64,000 bases of DNA, from assembly GCA_963706955.1 (NCBI GenBank), contig CAVPOC010000011.1, positions 19,033 to 83,032 of the forward strand, given 5' to 3'. This document shows, in pieces, positions 32,669-41,242 of the stretch. The notes under the pieces were generated by a model that had not been told where the DNA came from, did no database searches, and was given only the letters and a program-made list of their open reading frames with translations. The translations under genes were made by a program, and so were the position numbers. The DNA comes from an uncultured Verrucomicrobiae bacterium. GTDB lineage: Bacteria > Verrucomicrobiota > Verrucomicrobiia > Chthoniobacterales > Terrimicrobiaceae. Numbering within the stretch: the stretch's first letter is position 1; every line of letters begins with the position of its first letter.

Positions 32669-34414
32669 CTAGTCGCCCCCGTGACGGGCCGCTTGCACCT
32701 GCTTCAGAATCCCCGAGAGATTGTAGGTCTCGGGTGCCTGTAGCGGCGGGTATTTTATGTAGGACAACAGGTGCTTCTCCCATAGCTGTTGCCCGATCGG
32801 CAGCAGGTTCCAGTCGTACTGGAAGGCGGTCACCGGAGCGGCAAGCGCTCCGCCCAGACTCATGGCCGACTTCTGGTCAATGCCGACGGCCTGCTCGAAG
32901 GGATCGCGCTTGATGTTCTGGACCAAGGTGAAGTGGAACGGGACGAGTGGCATGATCCAGCCGGCTGGCCCGGGCTCGGACATGTTGTAGTACATCTTCC
33001 AGTTCTTGTAGCGCACCGCGGAGGGCGTCGACCCGGAGAAGTAGTAGAAGTAGTCACGCGCGGACGTCTCCGACTTGCCCGTGAGGTAGTCGATTTGGTT
33101 GACGCCATCCAGCGTGGTTTTGACGATGCCAGGATATTTCCCTTCTTCGATTTGCTGCTTCAGCCCGTCTCCTTTCGGTCCACCGGCGATTTCGACGAAC
33201 GTGGGCACCCAGTCCAACGCCGCGAACAGTTGGTTCTTGACCGTGCCCGGTTCGATGTGTCCCGGCCAGCGGACAACACAGGGAGCGCGGTAGCCGCCCT
33301 CCCACGCCTCGCCCTTCTGGCCCTTGAACGGTGTGATGCCGCCATCCGGGAAGGAGATGGTCTCGGCGCCATTGTCGGTGGTGAAGACGATGATGGTGTT
33401 GTCGAGCTCGCCCATGTCTTCGAGCTTCTTGAGGACGTAGCCGATGTTGTCGTCCATTTGCTTCATGCCGGCTTCGTTGACCCCCCAGTCCTTGCCGCCC
33501 TTGACGCCCACCATGTCCATGTACTTGTCCGAAAGCATCGTCACGACGTGCATGCGGGCCGGGTTGTACCAGACGAAGAAGGGCTTTCCGGTCTTTTTGG
33601 GGTCGTTGCGCTCCAGGAAGTCAATAACGTGGCCGGAGATTTCCTCGTCTACGGTCTTCGAGCGCTCCAGCGTAAGGGGGCCTTCGTCCTTGTACATCTG
33701 GTTTGCTTGCGTCCCATCGGATGACTTGCCCCAGAGCAACGGGCGTGGAGCTGCCAGGCATACGCCGTCTTTGGGATCAATGGCGCCCGCGGGTTCCGGG
33801 ATGCCGGGAATGGGTTCCACCCTCATGGGCGGCGCAACGCCTTGCTCGGTCGGACTCTTGTTGATGTCGAGGAAGCTCACCTGCTGCATGGCGTCCAGGT
33901 GGTAGAGGTAGCCCCAGTACTCCTGGAAGCCGTGTGCCGTCGGGAGGGATGCGGGATGGTCGCCGAGGTGGTTCTTGCCAAACTGGCCGGTCGTGTAGCC
34001 GAGGTCCAGCAGGAACTTGGCGAGGCACGGCGTCCCGGGGCGCAGGTAGGACGGGCTGCCGGGCAACTGGGGAGGAATCATGCCCGTGCGCAGCGGATAC
34101 ATGCCCGTAATGAACGCATTGCGACCGGACGTGCAGCTCTGCATGGCGACATAGTCCATGAAGATTGCGCCCTCGCGCCCGATGCGGTCTATATTAGGCG
34201 TCTCACCGACCATTAAGCCCCGGTGGTAGATGCTCGGCTGCATCCAGCCGATGTCGTCTCCCATGATGAAGAGGATGTTGGGTTTCTTCGCCTGTTGCCC
34301 AGCCGGAGTTGGAGCGGCTTCCGGATCTGCGGCCTGCATCGACAAGCCGGCTCCGATCAGCGCCGCTGTTGCCGCAAGCAGAGACGAGCCGAACGGGATT
34401 AGTTTTCGTTTCAT
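32669..34414 (-). CDS. Arylsulfatase paralogue 4 (intact, CTSGR)
   Basis: Signal peptide, KPNILFIMGDDIG, QSCTSGR, GKNHLGD, TTDNGAE, WEGGYRAP, DPFEQ. Confidence 0.95.
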   Translation of the reverse strand: MKRKLIPFGSSLLAATAALIGAGLSMQAADPEAAPTPAGQQAKKPNILFIMGDDIGWMQPSIYHRGLMVGETPNIDRIGREGAIFMDYVAMQSCTSGRNAFITGMYPLRTGMIPPQLPGSPSYLRPGTPCLAKFLLDLGYTTGQFGKNHLGDHPASLPTAHGFQEYWGYLYHLDAMQQVSFLDINKSPTEQGVAPPMRVEPIPGIPEPAGAIDPKDGVCLAAPRPLLWGKSSDGTQANQMYKDEGPLTLERSKTVDEEISGHVIDFLERNDPKKTGKPFFVWYNPARMHVVTMLSDKYMDMVGVKGGKDWGVNEAGMKQMDDNIGYVLKKLEDMGELDNTIIVFTTDNGAETISFPDGGITPFKGQKGEAWEGGYRAPCVVRWPGHIEPGTVKNQLFAALDWVPTFVEIAGGPKGDGLKQQIEEGKYPGIVKTTLDGVNQIDYLTGKSETSARDYFYYFSGSTPSAVRYKNWKMYYNMSEPGPAGWIMPLVPFHFTLVQNIKRDPFEQAVGIDQKSAMSLGGALAAPVTAFQYDWNLLPIGQQLWEKHLLSYIKYPPLQAPETYNLSGILKQVQAARHGGD

Positions 34415-34463
34415 AAATTTGTCTTTCTGTCTGGTTTCACCGTGTGTCTTGAAAGCTTAGTGA

Positions 34464-34866
34464 TTAATACCATCCCGGACCCCACCCTCCCCAGCCGCCC
34501 CAACCGTCCCAGGCCATCTGATCTTCCATGTTGATCTCAGCGGTTTCGAGCTTTTCGTCGGCCATTTGCTTCTGCAAGCGAAGCTGGCGGTATGTCTTGG
34601 TACTGCTTTGGCCCACCGACATAGGCTTGGTTGTTGTCGAAGTCCGGGAAGACATAGTAGGTCTTCCCGCTTCTCTGAACCGAGGTCACTTTGTCCGGCG
34701 GAAGCGCCTTGAGTCGCTGTTGCTGCGCCGCAGTTTTAGGAGTGATTACTTTAAAGCCCGCAGCAACAAGCATGTTTTCTGTGCTCAGCGTGTTGGCGCA
34801 GCCCGCGGCCACCGCGAGCAGCGCAATCGCACTGAGCATCTTCAATAAAGTGAGGATCTGCTTCAT
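34464..34866 (-). CDS. Uncharacterised lipoprotein (copy A), frameshift near 34595
   Basis: Lipobox AAG-C; AAGF, GKTYYVFPD, YVGGP..Y, Trp/Gly tail; ATGA overlap with the REC gene. Confidence 0.75.
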
Positions 34867-35357
34867 GGTTTTCGGTATGATGGAGTTGGTTTCGCTGGGA
34901 GATCGGGAGAAGTTGATCTCGCTTCATCGAGGCGCACGGTGGGTGAGATGAAGGATTCATCCGCAAGCGCCGCCCGGATGGCGGGCAGGAGGTCCGATGC
35001 GAGCCGCGTCTTCACGACATAGCCGAGTCCGCCCGCATCGAGTGCGGCGCGGGCGTAGTCCGCATCTTCATGGACCGTGAGGAAGACGAGGCGGGCAGGC
35101 CGCTCCGAGCGTCGGAGTTGGCGCGCTGCTTCGATGCCGTCAAGCCGCGGCATGGTGATGTCGAGGACGATGACATCAGGATGAAGCCGCTCCGCCTCGG
35201 CGAGAAGCTCCCGTCCATCGCCCACGGAACCGACCACCAAACATTCGTCCGCCAGCGCGTCGGCGGTCAGCGCGAGCATCGCCGGATGATCATCCGCCAG
35301 CAGCACGCGCGGGCGTTGCACGGAGCCGGTGCCAGGGAGGGAGGTAGGGGCGATCAC
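34863..35357 (-). CDS. Stand-alone response-regulator receiver protein (copy A, intact)
   Basis: VLLADDH, PDVIVLDITMP.LDG, FLTVH, YVVK; no output domain. Confidence 0.9.
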   Translation of the reverse strand: MIAPTSLPGTGSVQRPRVLLADDHPAMLALTADALADECLVVGSVGDGRELLAEAERLHPDVIVLDITMPRLDGIEAARQLRRSERPARLVFLTVHEDADYARAALDAGGLGYVVKTRLASDLLPAIRAALADESFISPTVRLDEARSTSPDLPAKPTPSYRKP

Positions 35358-35454
35358 CGTGTGGCCGTCATAGCCGACGCTGGAAACCTCCGATACTGTC
35401 AAAACTAACAGGTGCCCGGCGCGAGCTCAGATGCGCTTTTTCAACAGTCCATGC

Positions 35455-35610
35455 TCGAGAGCATATGGCACCAGCTCGGCGCTCGTCTTCACGCCGAGCT
35501 GCTCCATGATCGTGTATTTGTGAAAGGCGATCGTGCGCGCGCTTACCTCGAGGAGGTCCGCAACTTCCTTCATCGCGCGGCCTTCCGCGAGCAGTTGCAG
35601 CACTTCGCGC
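35455..35610 (-). pseudogene. LuxR/NarL HTH remnant
   Basis: QREVLQLLAEGRAMKEVADLLEVSARTIAFHKYTIMEQLGVKTSAELV, with no receiver domain. Confidence 0.85.
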
Positions 35611-35707
35611 TGTCCTGCATCGGCGGGTATTCGAGATCGAAGCCGTGCTCGATCGGGTAGGTGGCCGCAAGCAGCGACAAGCCGCTATGGATTAATTTGC
35701 GTTTCAT
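35570..35707 (-). pseudogene. Collapsed arylsulfatase remnant (45-aa in-frame mosaic)
   Basis: MKRKLIHSGLSLLAAT-YPIEHGFD-LEYPPMQD: leader, internal and C-terminal sulfatase motifs abut. Confidence 0.75.
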
Positions 35708-35805
35708 TGTTTAAGGTGTTTCTTTTTTTCGCTATTTGGCTTGGACTCAGGTGATTGCCTGAGTTGCCAGAAACTATTGAATGCGCGAGCGAAAAACTGG
35801 TTGCG
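35661..35805. repeat. Diverged direct repeat of the sulfatase-2 upstream region and first codons (31821-31965)
   Basis: Shared blocks GTGGCCGCAAGCAGCGACAAGC, ATTTGCGTTTCATTGTTT, TGGACTCAGG, TGAATGCGCGAGCGAAAA. Confidence 0.85.
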
Positions 35806-35861
35806 CGGGAGTTTCCGCTTATATGCCGATCTGTTGAACCATATCCAGGTGCATCACTATT

Positions 35862-36255
35862 TTATGGGACTCGACCAGAATACGATCCCAGCCCCGACGC
35901 TCCGAAGCCCCAGTCCGTCGACGCGTCCAGGTTCATCTCGGCGGCTTCAACCTTTTCTTTCTGCTTCAAGCGGAGCTGGCGGTAGGTTTCAAACTGATTT
36001 GGACCGCCTACGTAGGCTTGGTTATGCGCCGCATCTGGAAAAACGTAGTAGGTCTTTCCATTCTCCTGAACCATGGTCACCTTGTCGTGTGGAAGGGCCT
36101 TGAGTTTCTCGCTGTGCCGCAGTTTTGGGAACGATTACGTGGAAGCCCGCGGCAACCAGCGAGTCTTCTTTGCTCTGCGGGTTGGCGCAGCCTATTGCCA
36201 AGGCGAGCAGCGCGATGGTAGTGAGGATTTTGAATGAAGTGAGGATCTGCTTCAT
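35862..36255 (-). CDS. Uncharacterised lipoprotein (copy B), frameshifted
   Basis: MKQILTS..LAIG-C, AAGF, GKTYYVFPD, AYVGGP; paralogue of 34464-34866. Confidence 0.75.
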
Positions 36256-36309
36256 GGTTTTCCGTGTATTGGTGTTGGGTTTTCTGGGAGATCGGGAAAA
36301 GTTGGTCTC

Positions 36310-36736
36310 GCTTCATCGAGGTGCACGGTGGGCGAGACGAAGCGGCGATCGGCGAGCGCCGCCCGGATGGCAGGTAGAAGTCCGAAGCGATCCGCGTCTT
36401 CACGACATAGCCGAATCCGCCCGCATCGAGGGCGGCGCGGGCGTAGTCGTGGACCGTGAGGAAGACGAGGCGGGCAGGCCGCTCCGAGCGTCGGAGTTGG
36501 CGTGCTGCTTCGATGCCGTCAAGCCGCGGCATGGTGATATCGAGGACGATGACGTCAGGATGAAGCCGCTCCGCCTCCGCGAGAAGCTCGCGTCCATCGC
36601 CCACTGAACCGACCACCAAATATTCGCCGGCCAGCGCGTCGGCCGTTACGGCGAGCGTCGCCGGATGATCATCAGCCAGCAGCACGCGCGGGCGTAGCGT
36701 GGAGCCTGCGCCCGGGATGGAGGAAGGCGCGATCAC
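36310..36736 (-). pseudogene. Stand-alone receiver protein (copy B) with a small deletion and frameshift
   Basis: Near-identical to copy A but lacks EDA after TVH and shifts frame near 36380. Confidence 0.8.
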
Positions 36737-36829
36737 TGTAGGCCTTTATAGCCTGCGCGGAAAACCTCCGATACTGTCAAAACTAACAGGTAACACGTGT
36801 AAGCTCACGTGTACTTTTCCAACATTCCA

Positions 36830-37175
36830 TGCTCGAGAGTCTATGGCACCAGCTCGGCGCTCGTCTTCACGCCGAGGTGCTCCATGATCGTGTGTTTGTG
36901 AAAGGCCACGGTGCGCGCTCTTACTTAAGGAGGTCCGCGATTTCCTTCATCGCGCGGCCTTCGTGCGAGGAGTTGCAGCACTTTCGCGCTGGCGGGCGGT
37001 AAGCTTCTCCGTGGCAGGCTCGTAGCCCCGTGGAGGGGAAACACCGAGAGGCACGCCCTTCGTGACGAGCGGGGCGAGGTAGGTCTTGCCCGCGAGCGCC
37101 TGCTCGAGGGGGTGAACAGCTCGCCCGATGCGGAGTTCTTCAGCAAATAGTCTGACGCACCCAGGCCGATCGCCA
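36830..37175 (-). pseudogene. NarL-type response regulator, C-terminal part
   Basis: GASDYLLKNSASGEL..., RQREVLQLLA..MKEIADLL..RTVAFHK.TIMEHLGVKTSAELV, with frameshifts. Confidence 0.8.
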
Positions 37176-37226
37176 TTTTGGGAAGGGCTTTCGTTCGATC
37201 GAAGTTTGAGATGGGGACGGTAGATT

Positions 37227-37815
37227 TCATTTCATAAACGCGTGGTAGCCGGTCAGGGCGAACTGAACTCCCATGGAAAGGACGATCAATCCCATGAAGC
37301 GCGTGAGCGTGTCCCGCAGGAATCCGCCGCCGCCCGGTTTGCCGCCGAACCGCGCGACGAGCACCATCGCCAGCCAGGTGATCCCGGTAGCCACGGCAAT
37401 GGCGACCAGCAACGTGACCGGCAATTTCGTCCGGGTGTGGGCCACGGAGAGCGTGATGACTCCGGTAATCGTCCCGGGGCTGGCGGCAAAAAGAATCAGC
37501 GGCGTGAGCGATTGCATGGACTTTTGCACCCGCGGCGGCCGGTTGCCCGCTGAGCATGGAGAATCCCATCCATGCCAGCACTCCGCCACCTGCCACCATG
37601 AAGGCGTCCAGTGACACGCCGAAGAGGTGCAGCAACTGCATCCCGAGCAGGGCGGCAAGCGTGAGGATGACCAAAACGGCGGCGCCTGCCTTCGCGGCGT
37701 CGGTCATCTTCTCGCCCAATGAACGCCCGGCGACTGCCCGCGCAAACATCGCCGCACAGATCGCTGGATTGATCAGCGACAGCACTGTGATGATGGCTTG
37801 TAGTTGTTCGTGCAT
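37227..37815 (-). CDS. marC: MarC-family membrane protein, frameshift near 37530
   Basis: LSLINP, GVSLDAFMVAGG, TPLILFAASPGTIT, TRFMGLIVLSMGVQF. Confidence 0.88.
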
Positions 37816-37865
37816 GGTTGTTTTTCGATCACGCCGGAAAACGGGTGGCGGATTTGGTGACGCTG

Positions 37866-37972
37866 ATATCCCCGGCCGCGCGCGTCCCAAGCGGCCAACC
37901 GGCGCTCACCGTCCACCCGGAATCCATCTTTTAGGGGTCGTTTGACGAAAGGGGAATAAGTACGGCAAGAAC
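37866..37972. repeat. About 105-bp direct repeat (other copy 39518-39627) flanking the porin gene; contains a Tn3-like IR at 37934-37969
   Basis: ATATCCCC..CCGCGCGCGTCCCAAGCGGCC..CCGGCGCTCACCGTCCACC..GGAATCCATCTTTTAGGGGTCGTT(T)GACGAAAGGG is present twice. Confidence 0.92.
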
Positions 37973-38054
37973 GTGAGCAAACTGATGAAACTGTAAGCCA
38001 AAAGGCTGATCCACCGCGCCAGATCTCGACTCTACCGCTATCAAGTTAAATCCT

Positions 38055-39518
38055 ATGAAGCATGTTTGTTCTCGATCGGATGTGCACCCATCTACGATCA
38101 TCGTCGTCGCTACCGCTACACTGATGGCTGCCTGCCCCCTTCGGGCGGGCACAACGGTCTCTGAGAATCGTGTCGAAACGTCTTCGAAATCCTGGCTCGC
38201 CGAATGGTGGAATGGAAAATATGCCAGCGGCGATTGGTTCGGCGTTCGCGATACCCTCGAAGACTACGGCTTGACCCTCGGCGGCAATTGGACGGGCGTC
38301 TTTTATGGTGTCGTGGATGGCGGGAAGCCCAATGTCCGCGGCGGCTATTTCGATGAAGAGATCCAGTTCATAGGTGAACTCAACATTGCCAAGCTGACCG
38401 GATGGGAGCCGCTTGAAGGCCTCAAAGGCTTTGGGGAAGTCCGCTGGCGCGATGGCTTGGACCCGAACCTCCGCGTGGGCGCTTCAAGCAACTTCCAACC
38501 CTCGAATTTGCAGTCCGGAAAACAGTGGCGTTTGGTGACGTTCGGCTTCGAGTATACCACGCCAGAACTCTTCGACATAAAGGAATTAATCACCCTTCGC
38601 GGCGGGTGGCTTCCTCCGCAAAATGAGTTTATCGACCAGCCGCTCTCAAAGCTCTTCGTCAACAACGCCTTTGAAAGTTCGAAGGGCATCGGCGCAAACA
38701 TCCCGTGGTCTTCCAGCTTTACGACCTGGGGAGGCACACTGAAGATCAAACCTCTCGATTGGTATTACGCAAAGGCCGGTCTCTTCATGTCTTACCCTCA
38801 AGCGACTGACACCGGCAACCACGGACTTGCCTTTCAAGGTTTTGGCCCCGATCCAAGTCAAAACGGCCTCTTCGCAATTGGTGAAACAGGGTTTACGCCC
38901 AAAATTGGCGCTTCCAAGCTGTCCGGAAAATATGCCTTCGGTGGATTCTACTATGAACAACAGAACACATCATTTTTCGGAACACCCTATCCTGGCTTCT
39001 ATGGCTTCTATTGGCAGGCGGATCAGATGCTGTTTCGTGAACCGTCGCGGGAAGAACCTGCACCTCTGGCCAATGGTCAATCCGATGGCAAGTCTGTCGC
39101 CGATAGAAAGTCGGGCAAGTCTTTGAGCGAGCCGGTTCCCGCGACGAAACCCAAGCTCTCAGATCAAGGCCTCTATTTGTTCAGTCTGTTTACTTACTCG
39201 CCGAAATATAACAACATTCTGCCATTCTATTTTCATACCGGGCTCGTCTATAAGGGCTTGATTCCCACGCGGGACAACGACCAGCTCATGGTCGCCTTTG
39301 GGTTTGGTCAATATAGTTTATTCAATATTGAAGCCCTGCAGCAAAAAGGAAATGTCAATCAGCCGAACTACACAGCCGTGCTTGAAGTTGACTACCGCAT
39401 CCAAATCAACAAATGGGCGTTCTTGCAGCCCTACTTGCAGTACATCATCCAGCCCAATGGAACCAGCGCCATTGAGAACGCGACGATTTTGGGCTTCGAA
39501 ACCGGGCTTATATTCTAA
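38055..39518 (+). CDS. Carbohydrate-selective porin (OprB family)
   Basis: GDWFGVRDTLEDYGL, YWQADQM, GLIPTRDND, LQPYLQYIIQPNG, terminal Phe. Confidence 0.9.
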   Translation: MKHVCSRSDVHPSTIIVVATATLMAACPLRAGTTVSENRVETSSKSWLAEWWNGKYASGDWFGVRDTLEDYGLTLGGNWTGVFYGVVDGGKPNVRGGYFDEEIQFIGELNIAKLTGWEPLEGLKGFGEVRWRDGLDPNLRVGASSNFQPSNLQSGKQWRLVTFGFEYTTPELFDIKELITLRGGWLPPQNEFIDQPLSKLFVNNAFESSKGIGANIPWSSSFTTWGGTLKIKPLDWYYAKAGLFMSYPQATDTGNHGLAFQGFGPDPSQNGLFAIGETGFTPKIGASKLSGKYAFGGFYYEQQNTSFFGTPYPGFYGFYWQADQMLFREPSREEPAPLANGQSDGKSVADRKSGKSLSEPVPATKPKLSDQGLYLFSLFTYSPKYNNILPFYFHTGLVYKGLIPTRDNDQLMVAFGFGQYSLFNIEALQQKGNVNQPNYTAVLEVDYRIQINKWAFLQPYLQYIIQPNGTSAIENATILGFETGLIF

Positions 39519-39627
39519 TATCCCCAGCCGCGCGCGTCCCAAGCGGCCGCCCGGCGCTCACCGTCCACCTTGGGAATCCATCTTTTAGGGGTCGTTGACG
39601 AAAGGGAAATAAAATAGGGCAAGGACG
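39518..39627. repeat. Second copy of the about 105-bp direct repeat
   Basis: Matches 37866-37972 with a few substitutions and indels. Confidence 0.92.
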
Positions 39628-39862
39628 CGTTACAGAGTAATATCCAAGCACCGCGTTCTACTGAAGGGGCAAGGCCGGGAGCATATTTCATGAGAAGCAT
39701 TCAAGACGATGAAGCAATTGAGGGGGGAAAAATTCAGGAATTCCAAGGATTGGCATAGCAGATGGGTCTCGGAAAGCCCTTAAAATGGCGTTTAACGCGA
39801 CTGCATAAGAGGTCGCCGGTGGCTGCTTATCGTCCTTATTTTCCTTTTCGTCAAACGACTCC
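39588..39862. mobile_element. 275-bp non-autonomous element bounded by Tn3-family-like inverted repeats (MITE/TIME-like)
   Basis: Left GGGGTCGTTGACGAAAGGGAAATAAAATAGGGCAAG; right (reverse complement) GGAGTCGTTTGACGAAAAGGAAAATAAGGACGATAAG; no exact target-site duplication. Confidence 0.6.
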
Positions 39863-39863
39863 G

Positions 39864-40331
39864 TTATAGCTTGTGGTACCAGACCATTTGCAGCACCAGG
39901 AACAGAGCGGCGGTGGAACATCCGAAGGTAAGTAGCCCGTTGATCGCACAGATCGGCCCGAGGCTCCTCCACGGTTTCGAGAGCACGACATCGCCGTAAC
40001 CGAGCGCCGTGTGCGAAACAGAGGCGTAATACCAACCGTCGTCAAACGAGGCCAGGTGGCCCGACTTCCAGAAAAAAGCTGCCCACATCGAGGCCTCCGC
40101 GATGTGCGCCACGAAAAGGCCAGAAATGGCTGCAAGGACGACGAGAATACCCGTCGGTCTCCCCCCAAGGGCAGGCCTTGCCGAGTGCCCGAGCCACGTC
40201 AGGAAGTCACCGAGGCTGAAGAGAATTCCGGCATGGAGAGCAGAGATAAACATGGCGAGCAGCAGCGCCAGCACATACATCTGCAGCAGGACACGCAGGC
40301 GGTCGGTAGGAGTGGCTGTTTCTTGCTTCAT
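39864..40331 (-). CDS. Small potassium/ion-channel-domain membrane protein (Ion_trans_2)
   Basis: AHIAEASMWA, YYASVSHTALGYGDVV pore loop, GLLTFGCSTA. Confidence 0.85.
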   Translation of the reverse strand: MKQETATPTDRLRVLLQMYVLALLLAMFISALHAGILFSLGDFLTWLGHSARPALGGRPTGILVVLAAISGLFVAHIAEASMWAAFFWKSGHLASFDDGWYYASVSHTALGYGDVVLSKPWRSLGPICAINGLLTFGCSTAALFLVLQMVWYHKL

Positions 40332-40589
40332 AGCGACAGCGTAGCGCGGATGGGGATTTTGTCCCAAGACATCGTCGCATCCGGAAAATCCCCGCGACCA
40401 AGCGGCGGCAAGGCCAACCCGCGAGTCACCACCGCCCCAATCACCGGCAGCAACACGATCTGGCTAACAATCACCGTCCTTGCCCCCGCACCAAGTCTCG
40501 AAAAGGTCGCGCTTCCGATGACCTTCCCTCAGTCATCATCAAGAGCAGCATTGCCGCGAGGATGATCAAGGATCATTTTTATCGAATAT

Positions 40590-40885
40590 GCAATATAGCC
40601 GAGCCCGCCCGCATCGAGTGCGGCGCGGGCGTAGTCGGCGTCTTCGTAGACCGTGAGGAAGGAGGCGGGCAGGCCCCCTGCCAGCGCTGGAGTTGGCGCG
40701 CCGCTTCGATGCCGTCAAGCCGCGGCATGGTAATGTCGAGCATGATGACATCCGGATGAAGCCGGTCCGCCTCAGCCAGGAGTTGGCATCCATCGCCCGC
40801 TCTACCGACCACTAAACATTCGCTGGCCAGCGCGTCGGCCGTCAGCGCAAGCATCGCCTGATGATCATCGGCCAGCAGGACACGA
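40590..40885 (-). pseudogene. Receiver-domain remnant (copy C)
   Basis: RVLLADDHQAMLALTADALA..LHPDVIMLDITMPRLDGIEAARQL, then a frameshift and truncation. Confidence 0.85.
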
Positions 40886-40944
40886 AGCGCGTAACAGTGT
40901 CGTGCACGAAGCCGCCGCCGCCCCTTCCGCCGAGGCGAGCGACG

Positions 40945-41110
40945 CGCCGCAAAGAGGATCAGCGGCGTCAGCGATGGATTGGCATTGGGCGTGGTGGTCT
41001 TTGACGAGTTCACTCCCGGCCGCTCGCGGCAGGGCATACTTTTAGAACTCGCAGCAAGGCTAGGATTGTCTTTTGCCTTGTCGCGCTCTCCCAAGCCAAA
41101 AAGTATCATT
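40945..41110 (-). pseudogene. MarC remnant
   Basis: SLTPLILFAA, identical in peptide to the MarC at 37490-37520. Confidence 0.55.
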
Positions 41111-41242
41111 GCAAATCCGCGCCTTTTGCCGCGCCTTCATGGCCTAAAGTGGCACATCCAGTGGGTTATCGCAGAATCTGTTCCAAAAACGCGTGGGCGG
41201 CCGATGGGGGTGTCTATTCTGAATTGATCTGCCCGCGAAGTG

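Noticed and set aside
887..33724. Long antisense ORFs (e.g. 887-1876, 12646-13710, 30763-31914, 32789-33724)
   Set aside because: Shadow frames of well-supported genes on the opposite strand in GC-rich DNA; no motifs.
35397..35402. TTGACA (also at 36775-36780) as the -35 box of the REC genes
   Set aside because: The nearest -10-like hexamers (TATGAC / TATAAA) are 24 nt away, which is the wrong spacing.
40375..40570. Possible bile acid:sodium symporter remnant (QIVLLPVIG..LALPP..AG, minus strand)
   Set aside because: Similarity is too short and too hydrophobic to support without a profile search.
34464..41110. Diversity-generating retroelement or shufflon explaining the near-duplicate segments
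   Set aside because: No reverse transcriptase or intact recombinase in the window; differences between copies are not adenine-specific.
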